From an uncultured bacterium (lineage in GTDB: Bacteria > Verrucomicrobiota > Kiritimatiellia > PWTM01): DNA of 64,000 nt. Where the stretch lies: NCBI GenBank assembly GCA_937139365.1, contig CAKZPT010000079.1, positions 2,581 through 66,580 on the forward strand, given 5' to 3'. Both the position numbers and the translations under genes were made by a program. A model generated the notes under the pieces. That model saw only the letters and a program-made list of their open reading frames with translations, made no database searches and was not told the DNA's origin. Position 1 is the stretch's first letter, and each line of letters begins with the position of its first letter. This document shows, piece after piece, positions 9,114-19,642 of this stretch.

Positions 9114-10939
9114 CAGAAGCGGATGTACAGGGCCAGCGTGGCCGCGACGACCAAAGCGCCGAAGATGGCCGCGCCGCGGGACGACTCGACGGCGACCCGG
9201 CCCTGCGAACGAAAAACGACCGGTTCGGGCAGAGGCCGCACCAGGCCGATCAGCTGCATCACGGCGAGGTCTGCAAAGAAACAGATGGCCATCCGGTCCA
9301 GGAACGCGATTCCCGGCCAAACGCGCGCGATCAGGAAGTACAGCGCGGGGTTGAGCAGCAGCCCCGCCACGCCGGCGGCGCCGGGCGCGGTGCGGTTCAG
9401 CAGGCCAAACACGAAGACGGCAAGGATGCCGGGCGACACGTACCCCTGAAATTCCTGGATGTACTTGAAAATGCCGCCGAAGCGGGGGTTGTCCAGCAAG
9501 GGGGAAACGATGCCGCCGACCACGACAAACGCCGCCACGCAGACGCGGCCGACGGCGACCAACAGCCGCTGGGACGCGTCGCGCTTCAGGTACTTCGCGA
9601 AGACGTCCATCGTGAAGATGGTCGAGGCGGCGTTGAGGATCGCGGCCAGGGAGCTGACGATCGCCCCCAGCATCGCGGCCAGCACAAACCCCATCAGCCC
9701 GCGGTTCTTGGGGATCAACTTGCCGATCAGCAGCGCGAGGGCCGAGTCGTGCTTGAAGTCTTGCGGGCGACGTTCGGTCGGTGGACGGCCGGCGGCTTCG
9801 GCCCGGGCCCGGGCGGTCTCGTTGTGGGCGCGGATGCGGTCGGCGAGCGCAGCGACCCTGGGCCATCGCGCCACCGCATCGTCCGGCACCGCGAAGACGT
9901 CGGTCGACGCGGTCGAGGCCGAGGCCCGTTCAAACAGCGCGACGTAGTCCTGTTCGGCCCGGGCGGCCATGTCGCGGCTGAACAGGTTGAACGCAATCAT
10001 GCCCGGGAACACGATAATGAAGGGGATTAGCAGCTTCAGCGCGGCGGCGAACACGATGCCCTTTTGTCCCTCGCGCAGAGAGGCGGAGCCGAGGACGCGC
10101 TGCGTGATGTACTGGTTAAGGCCCCAGTAGTAGAAGTTCGGGATCCACAGACCGACGACGAGGGCGGTCCAGGGGATGTTGAGATCGTTGCGCGGCAATA
10201 CCATGTGGAGCTTGCCGCCGTTGAGGGCCATCATCCGGCCCCAGCCGCCCATGCCCTCGGCGATCAGGTCGGCGGCGGGGCGGCCGGCGCCATCGACCAG
10301 CTCCGCGGGGCTGGCCGCGCCGAGTCGCTGCAGCGCAAAGGCGAGGATGATGGCCCCGCCGGCGATCAGGGCGGTGCCCTGGATCAGGTCGGCCCACGCG
10401 CAGGCCTTGAGCCCGCCGAAGGCGACGTAGGCGGCCGCCATCAGGCCCATAAGCCAGCAGGCGGCCTCGAGGCTGAGCCGGTAGCCGTTGTCGGCCAACA
10501 GATCGCGCATCGTCAGCGCCCCCGCGTAGATCACTCCCGACAGGCTGACGCCGACGAGGATCACCATCATGAAGACGGCCATGATCAGGCGGGCCCAGTG
10601 GTTGTAGCGGTGCTCGAGAAACTCGGGAATCGTGAAGATGCCGGCGCGCAGAAAATAGGGCAGGAACGCGAACGCGACCACCACCAGGGTGACGGCCGCC
10701 ATCCACTCGTAGCTGGAAATCGCCAGTCCGAGGTAGTTCGCGGCGCTGCCCGACATTCCGACGAACTGCTCGGCGGAGATGTTCGCGGCGATCAGCGAGA
10801 CGCCGATCAGCCACCACGTCAACCCGCGGCCGGCGAGGAAATAGGACTCGCTGTCCGACTCGTGCCGAGATTTGAGCATCCCGAGCGACAGCACCGCCGC
10901 GATGAACGCGAAGAAGACGACGACATCGAGCGCGCCCAT
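9110..10939 (-). CDS. Sodium:solute (sugar) symporter, SSS/SLC5 family
   Basis: YFLAGRGLTWW, SLIAANISAEQFVGMSG, TIPEFLEHRY, YYWGLNQYITQR. Many TM helices. GGAG RBS. Confidence 0.92.
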   Translation of the reverse strand: MGALDVVVFFAFIAAVLSLGMLKSRHESDSESYFLAGRGLTWWLIGVSLIAANISAEQFVGMSGSAANYLGLAISSYEWMAAVTLVVVAFAFLPYFLRAGIFTIPEFLEHRYNHWARLIMAVFMMVILVGVSLSGVIYAGALTMRDLLADNGYRLSLEAACWLMGLMAAAYVAFGGLKACAWADLIQGTALIAGGAIILAFALQRLGAASPAELVDGAGRPAADLIAEGMGGWGRMMALNGGKLHMVLPRNDLNIPWTALVVGLWIPNFYYWGLNQYITQRVLGSASLREGQKGIVFAAALKLLIPFIIVFPGMIAFNLFSRDMAARAEQDYVALFERASASTASTDVFAVPDDAVARWPRVAALADRIRAHNETARARAEAAGRPPTERRPQDFKHDSALALLIGKLIPKNRGLMGFVLAAMLGAIVSSLAAILNAASTIFTMDVFAKYLKRDASQRLLVAVGRVCVAAFVVVGGIVSPLLDNPRFGGIFKYIQEFQGYVSPGILAVFVFGLLNRTAPGAAGVAGLLLNPALYFLIARVWPGIAFLDRMAICFFADLAVMQLIGLVRPLPEPVVFRSQGRVAVESSRGAAIFGALVVAATLALYIRFW

Positions 10940-10980
10940 AACCGTACTCCCGGCCGGCCGTCGCCGGCGCAACGCTCGGG

Positions 10981-11010
10981 ACTATAGGCGACGACGTGCC
11001 GGCGCGGCAA
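10981..11010 (-). promoter_or_regulatory. Putative sigma70 promoter for symporter-kinase
   Basis: TTGCCG-N18-TATAGT on the minus strand. Confidence 0.5.
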
Positions 11011-11028
11011 GCGGTGGTGCGGCGCCGC

Positions 11029-11927
11029 TCACCCGCGGCCGCCGTGGCTGCGCTCGCGGTAACGGACCGGCGGCAAGCCCGTCTTCGCGTGAAAAAGGCG
11101 TGAGAAATAATGGATCGAGTTCATGCCCACCCGCGCGGCAACCTCCCGGGCGGGCAGCGAGGTCGCTCGAAGAAGCTCGCCGGCGCGGTTGATTCGCAAT
11201 TGAAGATGGTATTGGGGGGCGAAAAGCCAGTGGTCTCGCGAAACTTCTTGCGGAACCAGGAATGGCCGACGTGCAGTTCGCGGGCCAGCTCGCGCATGTC
11301 GAGGTCGTGCTTTAGCCGCTCGGCCATCAGCGGCCGCGCCCTGAGCACCGCCTCGGCGATCTGCTCGCCCGCCAGCGCCCGCCGCGTCTCCTCCGTCGCG
11401 ACGCGAGCCATCGCCTCCATCGCCCAGGCGGCCAGCAAAGGGCCGCCGCCGTGCCGCTCGGTGCGAAGTTCGTCGAGGATCTTCTCGTAGACGTCCACAA
11501 GCGACCGCGTCTCGCTGGGGCGCCGGAGCGGCCGCTGCGGCCGGAAGTTGTGTTCGGCCATCAGCTCCGCCGCCTCGCGCCCAGCAAAGGCCAGCCGGTA
11601 CTCGTCCCAACCAATGCTGGGCGCGGGCATGTCCCGGTGCCAGACGCCGGGATAGAGCGAAATGACGTCGCCCGCGCGCACCCGGCGGCGCCCCGTCGCG
11701 CGCGATTCGAACCAGCCGCCTCCCCGCGTGATGTAGACGAGCTGAAACTCATCGAGCACCCGCCCTTGCCGCCACGTGAAGTGGTGATCGCTCGGGTGCT
11801 GCGTCGGCGGATAGGGATGCCGGGCCGGAACGCTGGCGAAGCCGCAGCCGATCACAAACAGGCATCCCCGCCGCGTCTCGTCGGCCAGCGGCAAATACCG
11901 GTGCCAAAACCTCGCACGCGCGCTCAC
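11029..11927 (-). pseudogene. AraC-family transcriptional regulator, frameshifted in a C6 tract
   Basis: Cupin domain (YPPTQHP, GRVLDEFQLVYITRGGG, PGVWH) and first HTH in one frame. QYHLQLRINRA...YFSRLF second HTH in another frame. Shift at the G6 run 11214-11219. Confidence 0.78.
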
Positions 11928-12009
11928 GCCGTGGACGAGGTCGCCGCCGGCCAGGGTTGTCCACTTGCCTTGTCCGGCCCGCCCGACGATGATGGTCACG
12001 TAGGCACGC

Positions 12010-13093
12010 ATGCACGACGAGCCCAGGCTGTCAAAGGAATTGATCGTCCTGTCGCGCGAATTCGGGTCGCCGGACTACGTTCGTGGCGGAGGCGGAAACA
12101 CCTCCGCCAAGACGATGGACACATTGTGGATCAAGCCCTCCGGGACCACACTGGCCAGACTGACACGGGACCGGTTGGTGGCGATGGACCGCGCCCGTCT
12201 CAGGCGGCTGTACGCCATGACGCCGCCCCCCCGAACCCGCAGCGCGCGAGGCGATGGTGAAGGAGGCGATGGCCGCGGCGGTGCGGCCCGCCACCCCAGG
12301 ACGGCCCTCGGTGGAGGCCCCGCTGCACGGCAGTTTCGGCGCCCGTTTCGTGATCCATACCCACCCCGCCCTGGTCAACGGCCTGACCTGCTCCCGGGAT
12401 GGCGAGGAGGTTTGCCGGCGCCTGTTTCCCGACGTGCTGCGGATGCCGTACGTGGAGCCGGGCTACACGCTGTGCATGGAGGTCCGGACGGCGACGGCAC
12501 GCCACCGCGCTGCGACGGGCACCGACCCCGCCGTCGTCATGCTGCAGAACCATGGCCTTTTCGTAGCCGGCGACACGCCCGACGCGGTCCGCTCCGCCTA
12601 TTGGAGGATCATGGCCGGCTTGCGGGCGGAGTATGTCCGCCGCGGCGTTTCGCCCGACCCCTCCCTGCCGGCGGAGGCCGATCCGGCCGTGGCGGCCCGG
12701 CTGGCCGACGAGCTGCGGGCCGTCATGGGGGCCGAGGCAGCCCATGCGGCAATTGCAGGTCCGTTCGACGTGGCGGAGGGGCCGCTTTCGCCGGACCACA
12801 TCGTGTACGCGCGGTCATTTCCCCTGATCGGTCCGGCCGGCAATAAGGAGTTGGAGGGGTACCGCCGGCGGCATGGCGTCTGGCCGAAGGTCGTCGCCAC
12901 GCCAGAGGCGGTCGCCGGGGTCGGCGCCAGCCGCCGTGACGCGGAGTTGGCTCTCGAATTCGCTCAGAACGGCTCCCAGGTCCGCCGGCTGGCCATGGCG
13001 TTTGGTGGCCCCCGCTATCTGTCCGACGCGGCCCGTCGGTTCATCGAGAAATGGGAGGCGGAGTCCTACCGGCGGCAGGTGTCGACCTCCTGA
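12010..13093 (+). pseudogene. Class II aldolase/adducin family (rhamnulose-1-phosphate aldolase-like), frameshifted in a C7 tract
   Basis: GGGGNTSAK/IKPSG in the 12010 frame. RPSVE..LH, HTHP, LQNHG, PDHIVY, WEAESYR in the 12254 frame. Shift at C7 12226-12232. Confidence 0.78.
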
Positions 13094-13107
13094 GGGCGGC
13101 ACCGGGT

Positions 13108-13136
13108 TTGACACGGGCGCCCTCCTGCCGCACTCT
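13108..13136 (+). promoter_or_regulatory. Putative sigma70 promoter
   Basis: TTGACA-N17-CACTCT. Confidence 0.5.
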
Positions 13137-13186
13137 GCTTCGGTTTGGGAGGCGATTCCTCGCTCCCCGATGGAAAGGATATTTCG

Positions 13187-14203
13187 ATGCGCACGCAAGC
13201 AATCGGGATCCTGTGCGGATGTGCGGCGGCCCTAGCCGCGCCGGAGCCGAAAGGCGGAGGGCTGGCCATTCCCGACAACCTTTTCGCGCCGGCGCCGGCC
13301 GCCGTTGCCCCCACCTCGGTGGTGGCCGTCGTCGAGGGGCGCCCGATCCTCCAAGCCGACGTCGACCGAGTGGTCGAACGCGCCCTGGCCATCCAGCAGG
13401 GACGCATCCCGGCCGGCCAGATGAACGTAGTGCGGCAGCAACTGGCGCTGCGCGCCCGGGAGGAGATGATCACGCAGGCGGTTCTTGTGGCCGAGGCGGA
13501 GCGGCAAAAGATCCAAGTGACCGAGGAGGAGGTGCGCAAGGCGCGCGAGGCCCTGCCGCTGCCACCGGGACAGACCCTGGACAGCGTGCTCGCGGCGCAG
13601 GGCATGACGGCCGCCCAGCTCGACGAGGACCTCCGCCGCGCCCTACGCATCCGCGCCTTGTTGGACAAGAACGTGCAGGTCGCGGAGCCGACCGACGCGG
13701 AAGTCAAGGCCTTCTACGAGCAGAACTACGGCAACTTCAACCTGCCGGAGTCGGTGACGGCCCGGCACATCCTGATCGCCGTGCCCTCGAATGCGACCGA
13801 GGCGGTTCGGAGCGAAAAACGCGCCGCCGCGGAAAAGGTCCGGGCCGAGCTTCAGGCGGGTGCGGATTTTGCGGAACTGGCCCGGAAGTATTCCGACGAT
13901 CCCGGCAGCCGGGACCGCGGCGGGGTGTACACCTTCGGCCGGGGCCAGATGGTCGCGCCGTTCGAACAGGCCGCCTTCACCCAGAAAATCGGGGAAATCG
14001 GGCCGCTGGTCGAAACCGTGTACGGCTTTCACATCATCCAGACCACCAACCGCTCGCCTGCGCGCACGGTGGGGCTGGAGGAGGCCGCGCCGCGGATTCG
14101 TGAATTCCTCTCCCGAAATGGCCGCGCACAGGCCGAGCAGGAGTACGTGAGGAAGTTGCGCGAATCCGCGAAGGTCGTCCTCCCCGCGGCGGCCGGCCCC
14201 TGA
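13187..14203 (+). CDS. Parvulin-type peptidylprolyl isomerase (PrsA/SurA-like foldase)
   Basis: ARHILI, DFAELARKYSDDPGS, GQMVAPFEQAAF, VETVYGFHII. Signal peptide. Confidence 0.9.
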   Translation: MRTQAIGILCGCAAALAAPEPKGGGLAIPDNLFAPAPAAVAPTSVVAVVEGRPILQADVDRVVERALAIQQGRIPAGQMNVVRQQLALRAREEMITQAVLVAEAERQKIQVTEEEVRKAREALPLPPGQTLDSVLAAQGMTAAQLDEDLRRALRIRALLDKNVQVAEPTDAEVKAFYEQNYGNFNLPESVTARHILIAVPSNATEAVRSEKRAAAEKVRAELQAGADFAELARKYSDDPGSRDRGGVYTFGRGQMVAPFEQAAFTQKIGEIGPLVETVYGFHIIQTTNRSPARTVGLEEAAPRIREFLSRNGRAQAEQEYVRKLRESAKVVLPAAAGP

Positions 14204-14209
14204 GGCACG

Positions 14210-14941
14210 TCAGGCCTGTCTGGCCGCCGAATGGCGGGCGCGCCACCGTCGGAGCATTCGCCAGAAGCGGATCGTGTCTGCGCAGGGGCGGATCTTGCTG
14301 CGCTCGCCGCCGTAAATGGTCCGGATGCGCACCGAATCCATCCGGATTCCCCGCGCCGCCATCTCGAGCAGAACCTCCGATTCCGCGGCGAAGCGCTCGG
14401 AGTGGGTCTCGAGATACGGCAGCAGGTCCGTTCGAATGAACCGGAAGCCGCACTGGGTGTCGGGAACGTAGCGGCCCATCTCCCGGCTCAGCAACCAGCT
14501 CATAAAACGGTTTGTGAGGCGGCGGACCAGCGGCATGCCGGCGGGGTTCCACAGTCGGTTGCCGATCAGCACGGGAATGCCGGTCCGCTCGTAGGCCTCG
14601 ATGAATTTGGGGATCTCCTCGGGGTCATGCTGGCCGTCGGCGTCGAGCGTGACGACCCCCTCGTAGCTGGCCTCCAGCGCCCGTCGGAATCCCGTCCGCA
14701 ACGCGGCCCCCTTCCCTGCGTTCTCGGCATGCCGGATGACCTCGGCCCCGGCGGCGGCGGCGACGGACGCCGTGTTGTCGGACGAGCCGTCGTCGACCAC
14801 GATCACGGCCAAGCCGTGGCGTCGCGCCTCGGCCACGACCGGCCCAATCCGACCGCTTTCATTGAAGGCCGGGATGACCGCGCAGAAACGAGCGCGCGGC
14901 GACAATGTCGGCCCGCCATCCTCTGTGCCATCCTCGTTCAT
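14210..14941 (-). CDS. Glycosyltransferase family 2 (DPM synthase-like)
   Basis: IPAFNE, VVDDGSSDNT, NAGKGAAL, LDADGQH, DTQCGFR. Confidence 0.9.
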   Translation of the reverse strand: MNEDGTEDGGPTLSPRARFCAVIPAFNESGRIGPVVAEARRHGLAVIVVDDGSSDNTASVAAAAGAEVIRHAENAGKGAALRTGFRRALEASYEGVVTLDADGQHDPEEIPKFIEAYERTGIPVLIGNRLWNPAGMPLVRRLTNRFMSWLLSREMGRYVPDTQCGFRFIRTDLLPYLETHSERFAAESEVLLEMAARGIRMDSVRIRTIYGGERSKIRPCADTIRFWRMLRRWRARHSAARQA

Positions 14942-15831
14942 GCCCCATCTCCCTGGCGAGGGGGCCCGGCCTCGACGGAGCCCCAGAAGTCGCGGAAAAC
15001 AAACCACTGAACGGGCACCTCGCCGATGACATCCTCAAGGGCCGCCACGACCCGCTGCTGGATGTCGCCCACGCCACCGGCCGCCGACGGCTCGACGGGT
15101 TCGTAAAACCGCAGCAGGAAGCGGTCGTCGATCTGACGAATCAAAAAGGCGGGCAGGATGGGCGCGCCCGTGCGCAGCGACAGGACGGCCGCCCCCACGG
15201 GCATGGGAACCTCGGCGCCGAAAAAACGAATCGGCCGGCCCCGGTGGGTGAAATCGCGGTCCACCAGGAGCGAGACGAGCTGTCCGTTGGCGAGCGCCCG
15301 AAGCAGGCCGCCGACGGCGGAGCCGAGGGACAGCAGGTGGATCCCGCGCCGCAGCCGGTGATATCGCCAGAGCCGGTCCACGTGGGGCACGCCGGTGGGC
15401 CGGTAGACGGCGGTGACGGGCCGGCCGAGGCAACCGAGCACCAAACCGCCCATCTCCCAGTTGCCGATGTGGCCGGTGACGAGGATGGCCGGTTTCCCCT
15501 TTCCGGCGACAGCATCGAAGTAATCCCGCCGTTCGAATCCGATCCGCGGCTCGAGCTCCGCATAGGAAGAGCGGGAATAACGGTAAAAGTCTACGATGTA
15601 TTTGCCAAATTGTTGGTAGGTCTTGCGCACGAGGCTGCGTACATCGCCGCCCGGGGGATGCACGCCGCGGTAGGCGAGGATTCGCCGAAGGTTGGAGGCA
15701 ACGCCTTGGCGGCCGGCGGGGTCGGTCATGTAGTATACGTCCGCCACCCGCTGCCCCAGCCAGTAGGAGAACGCCAGCGGAAGCCGCCGGCTGAGCATCG
15801 ACGCCATCCAATTCGCCGCGTACCCCGTCAT
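14938..15831 (-). CDS. Lipid A lauroyl/lysophospholipid acyltransferase (LpxL/HtrB-like)
   Basis: GHIGNWE motif, LLVDR, FFG..PVGAA, PVQWF. Confidence 0.85.
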   Translation of the reverse strand: MTGYAANWMASMLSRRLPLAFSYWLGQRVADVYYMTDPAGRQGVASNLRRILAYRGVHPPGGDVRSLVRKTYQQFGKYIVDFYRYSRSSYAELEPRIGFERRDYFDAVAGKGKPAILVTGHIGNWEMGGLVLGCLGRPVTAVYRPTGVPHVDRLWRYHRLRRGIHLLSLGSAVGGLLRALANGQLVSLLVDRDFTHRGRPIRFFGAEVPMPVGAAVLSLRTGAPILPAFLIRQIDDRFLLRFYEPVEPSAAGGVGDIQQRVVAALEDVIGEVPVQWFVFRDFWGSVEAGPPRQGDGA

Positions 15832-15928
15832 CGTCCGAACCACGCCAGCCCAGCCTACGGAGCGGCCTGCCCGTACGCAAGGCGGGCGTTGACCGAGCGC
15901 GGCGAACGCGGGAAACTGGAGACTGGTC

Positions 15929-16900
15929 TTGGAAACCATCCTCCAGTTTGACAACGCGCGCGAAGCGCAGGACTTGACCGGCCCGGCCGGCCGGTGGCTC
16001 GAGCGAGTAGGCGGAGCGCTCGGCGTGCGCCTGACGGCGCGCGAGGCGTGGCTGAAGATCGAAGGACCCGACGACGCGGTCGAACGGGCCGCCCGGCTGT
16101 TCCGCCTGCTGCGCGCCGCCCGCAACCGCGGTGCCGTGCCTCGGGAGCAGGGCGTCATGTTCGCCGTCCGCGCCGTGCTCGAGGGCCGCGAGGCCGAGCT
16201 GGAGCGCCTCCACGCCACCCGGATCGCCGTGGCCGCCGGGATGCCGCCCGTCTTTCCACGCACCTTTGGGCAACTTCGATACGTCGAAGCCATCGCCGCC
16301 TGCGATTGCACCTTCGGCATCGGCCCGGCGGGCACCGGCAAGACCTACCTGGCGATGGCGATGGCCGTGTCCACGCTGCTGCGCGGCGAGGTCGGCCGCA
16401 TCATCCTGACCCGGCCTGCGGTCGAGGCGGGCGAGGCCCTCGGGTTTCTGCCCGGCGACGTCGAGCAGAAGGTCCTTCCGTACCTGCGGCCGCTGCGGGA
16501 CGCCCTCTACGACATGATGCCCGCCGAGGAGATCGAGCGGTGCACGTCGCGCGGCGTGATCGAGGTCGCGCCGTTGGCCTACATGCGGGGACGGACGCTC
16601 AACCACGCTTTCGTAATCCTCGACGAGGCCCAGAACACGACCCCCGAGCAGATGCTGATGTTTCTTACGCGGCTGGGCTTCGACTCTAAGTGTGTCGTTA
16701 CGGGCGATCTGACGCAGATCGACCTTCCCGGGCGCACAATGTCCGGCCTCTTCGAAGCCCGCCGGACATTGGACGGCATCGAGGGCATTCGGATTTGCGA
16801 ACTGGACGACTCGGACGTCGTGCGCCACGAGCTGGTCCAGAAGATCATTCAGGCATACCGCCGCAGCCGGACGAGGCGGACGGGGCGGGGCCGGGCATGA
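15929..16900 (+). CDS. phoH: PhoH family ATPase
   Basis: [46 protein letters not shown]. Confidence 0.95.
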   Translation: METILQFDNAREAQDLTGPAGRWLERVGGALGVRLTAREAWLKIEGPDDAVERAARLFRLLRAARNRGAVPREQGVMFAVRAVLEGREAELERLHATRIAVAAGMPPVFPRTFGQLRYVEAIAACDCTFGIGPAGTGKTYLAMAMAVSTLLRGEVGRIILTRPAVEAGEALGFLPGDVEQKVLPYLRPLRDALYDMMPAEEIERCTSRGVIEVAPLAYMRGRTLNHAFVILDEAQNTTPEQMLMFLTRLGFDSKCVVTGDLTQIDLPGRTMSGLFEARRTLDGIEGIRICELDDSDVVRHELVQKIIQAYRRSRTRRTGRGRA

Positions 16901-19281
16901 GCGAATCCTCCGCGCCAACGCGTGGTCGCCATCGTCCGAACCGCGGCCGCTGCCGTCCGCGCGGGCGCCGCGACGGTTTCCCCGTGCAACTGCTGGCCGC
17001 GGCCGCGGCGGCCTGGGTCGGCGGCTCGGCGCTGCTGTTCGGCACCTGGCCGACCGTCCACGGGCAACTGGCCATCGGCCAGCGGGCCCCAGCCACCCTC
17101 GTGGCGCTGACTGATTTTGAATGCGCCGATCTGGCCCGCACCGAGTCGGCGCGCCAGCGGGCGGCTGATGCCGTTCCGCCGGTTTTCACGGTCAGCCTCT
17201 CGCCGTTGGTCTCGGCGGCCGGCGCGATGGTCCGCCTGGCAGGGATGCTGGCGGACCTACGCCAGCGCGACGCCCCCGCCGACGTCGTCCGGGCGGATCT
17301 CGCCCGCTCGCTGCATCTGTTGGGCGCAGATCTAACGCCTGAGGAGGCGCAGCTTCTGGTCCCCGAGCGGGAGGCCGGGGCTCCCGTCGCCGAACGCCTC
17401 ACCAACGCGCTAGCCACAGTGTGGATGGCCGGCATCGTGTCCCCCGCCGATCGCGACGGGGTGATCGCCGAGCTTGCCCGCAACGGCAAGGTGGTCCTCG
17501 ACGCCGGTCCCAGCGGCCCCCTGCGGATCACAGACGTCGAGTCCCTGCGGACGCCGGCAGAGGCCGCGGTGGCGTTCGCAGATCTGGTAGCCGCCTCGGA
17601 GGCCCCGCTCCGCGCCCCGCACGAGGCATTGGTCCGCATGGGTCTGGGCTGGATGCAACCCAACCTTGCCTACTCCCCCCCGATGACGGCCGAACGGCGG
17701 CGCCAGGCGGCCGAGCGGGCGCAGGTCATTCCGATGGTTGTACGTGCGGGCACCACGTTGATCGAGGCCGGCGACGCCGCCACGGCCCAGACCGTCGAGA
17801 TGCTCGCCGCGCATGAACGCCGACTCCGCGAACGGATGCGCCCCGCCGACGAGTGGCTGCAACGGCTGGGCCGATCGGCCTTTCTGGCCGTCGCCATTTT
17901 GTGCAGCTTGGCCATGTTGCCGATGCTCGACCCGACCGCGCGGCACGGCTGGAAGCCGTCGGCACTCTACGTGGTCCTGGTGCTGCTGAGCATCGCGTCG
18001 GCGCGCGCCGTTCCGGCGCTGGCCAGCGTCGGGCTGCTGCCACGTCCCTACGTGGACTTCTTTCTGCCGACTGGTTTGGGCGCGTTGCTGGCGGCGCTCC
18101 TCGGAGGCCGGCCGATGGCGATCGCGGTCGGCGCGGGTAGCGCGCTGGCCGCCCCGCTGTTCGCCACCGACCCATTTCATAGCCTCTACCGCGGCGCCGT
18201 GGTAGCCACGGCCGCGATCCTGGCGGGGCGGCACGCGCGGCGTCGATCCCGCATCTACCGGGCCGGTGTTTGGATGGGCGCGGTCGCCGTGGCGTTCGTC
18301 GTGTTCGAGGCCCTGTTGATCCGCAACCCCGTCCGCGTTGCCGCGGCGCAGGCCGCCTCCGTCATGGCGACGAACATTGTCGTGGCCACCGCGACGCTTG
18401 CCTTGTTGCCCCTGCTGGAGACCGCGTTCGGGCTGACCAGCGACATCCACCTGTTGGAGTTGTCCGACCCCGCCCATCCGCTGCTCCAGCGTCTGGCGAC
18501 GGAGGCCCCGGGCACCTACCACCACAGCCTCATGGTGGCCAACCTGGCTCAGGCCGCGGCCGATGAGATCGGCGCCAACAGCCTGTTGGCGCGGGTCGGG
18601 GCGCTGTACCACGACATCGGCAAGCTCGCCAACCCCAGGTACTTCATCGAGAATGTCCCATCGGGCGCCAACCCGCATGCGGATTTGGCCCCCCACATGA
18701 GCACCCTGGTCATCCTCTCCCATGTCCGGGAGGGATTGACCCTCGCCCGCCAGTACCGCCTCCCTGCTCCGATCCGCGAGGCGATCAGCCAACACCACGG
18801 CTCCACCACCGTCTCTTTCTTCTATTCCCGCGCACTGGATGCCTATCACGCGGCCGCCCGACTCGCCCCCCTCATCGCCACCCCGCCTCAGGAGGACGAA
18901 TACCGCTACCCCGGCCCCCGCCCCGCCAGCCGCGAGGTCGCCCTGATCGCACTGGCGGACTCCGTCGAGGCGGCCAGCCGCTCGCTGGCCAACCCGTCGC
19001 CTTCCCGCATCGAACGCCTGGTGAACGACCTGCTCCATCAGCGGCTGCTCGACGGCGAACTCGACGACTCGCCATTGACGTTCGTCGACCTTCGCCGGAT
19101 CGCACGCGCGTTCGCCTTCACGCTGAACAGCATGTATCACGGACGGATCGCCTATGGATCGCCCGAGGATTCGGATCGTCAACCGGTCGGCAACGCGGGT
19201 GCCCGCGGCGCCGCTTCGGCGGCTGACGGAATTTCTGATGACTCTCGCCGCGCGGCGGAGGCCGCGCAGACGATGGGATGA
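16897..19281 (+). CDS. 7TM-HD (HDIG) phosphohydrolase, PgpH-like c-di-AMP phosphodiesterase
   Basis: Extracellular 7TMR-HDED region, multi-TM segment, EAPGTYHHSL, YHDIGK, QHHG, YRYPGPRP, LADSVEAASRS. Confidence 0.88.
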   Translation: MSESSAPTRGRHRPNRGRCRPRGRRDGFPVQLLAAAAAAWVGGSALLFGTWPTVHGQLAIGQRAPATLVALTDFECADLARTESARQRAADAVPPVFTVSLSPLVSAAGAMVRLAGMLADLRQRDAPADVVRADLARSLHLLGADLTPEEAQLLVPEREAGAPVAERLTNALATVWMAGIVSPADRDGVIAELARNGKVVLDAGPSGPLRITDVESLRTPAEAAVAFADLVAASEAPLRAPHEALVRMGLGWMQPNLAYSPPMTAERRRQAAERAQVIPMVVRAGTTLIEAGDAATAQTVEMLAAHERRLRERMRPADEWLQRLGRSAFLAVAILCSLAMLPMLDPTARHGWKPSALYVVLVLLSIASARAVPALASVGLLPRPYVDFFLPTGLGALLAALLGGRPMAIAVGAGSALAAPLFATDPFHSLYRGAVVATAAILAGRHARRRSRIYRAGVWMGAVAVAFVVFEALLIRNPVRVAAAQAASVMATNIVVATATLALLPLLETAFGLTSDIHLLELSDPAHPLLQRLATEAPGTYHHSLMVANLAQAAADEIGANSLLARVGALYHDIGKLANPRYFIENVPSGANPHADLAPHMSTLVILSHVREGLTLARQYRLPAPIREAISQHHGSTTVSFFYSRALDAYHAAARLAPLIATPPQEDEYRYPGPRPASREVALIALADSVEAASRSLANPSPSRIERLVNDLLHQRLLDGELDDSPLTFVDLRRIARAFAFTLNSMYHGRIAYGSPEDSDRQPVGNAGARGAASAADGISDDSRRAAEAAQTMG

Positions 19282-19642
19282 GGTCAGCGTCATCCTCCTC
19301 GGCCCCTCCGCCATGCGCCGCGCCCACGCCCGATGTTTCGGCTCCGAACGCGACACGGACGTCATCAGCCTTGCCTACCGGCCGTCCGTGCCCGGCGAGG
19401 GCTGGACCGGCGAGATCCTGGTCAATCCCTCGCTGGCGCTGCAGGCCGGTCCGCCGGCCGCCGCCCGGCGCGAGCTGGCCCTTTACATCGCGCACGGCTG
19501 CGATCACCTGTGCGGGGGGCGCGACGAGCGGCGCGGCGACCGGGTTCGCATGCTCCGCCGCGAGCACCGGTGGCTGGCCGCCGCCCGCCGGCGCGGCCTT
19601 TCGCCGGAGGCGTTGCCGCTTATCTCCGCCCGCCAGCGATGA
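19154..19642 (+). CDS. ybeY: rRNA maturation RNase YbeY (variant metal motif)
   Basis: TDVIS, GEILV, ELALYIAHGCDHLCG. Canonical position in the phoH-HD-ybeY-recO cluster. Confidence 0.8.
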   Translation: MDRPRIRIVNRSATRVPAAPLRRLTEFLMTLAARRRPRRRWDEVSVILLGPSAMRRAHARCFGSERDTDVISLAYRPSVPGEGWTGEILVNPSLALQAGPPAAARRELALYIAHGCDHLCGGRDERRGDRVRMLRREHRWLAAARRRGLSPEALPLISARQR

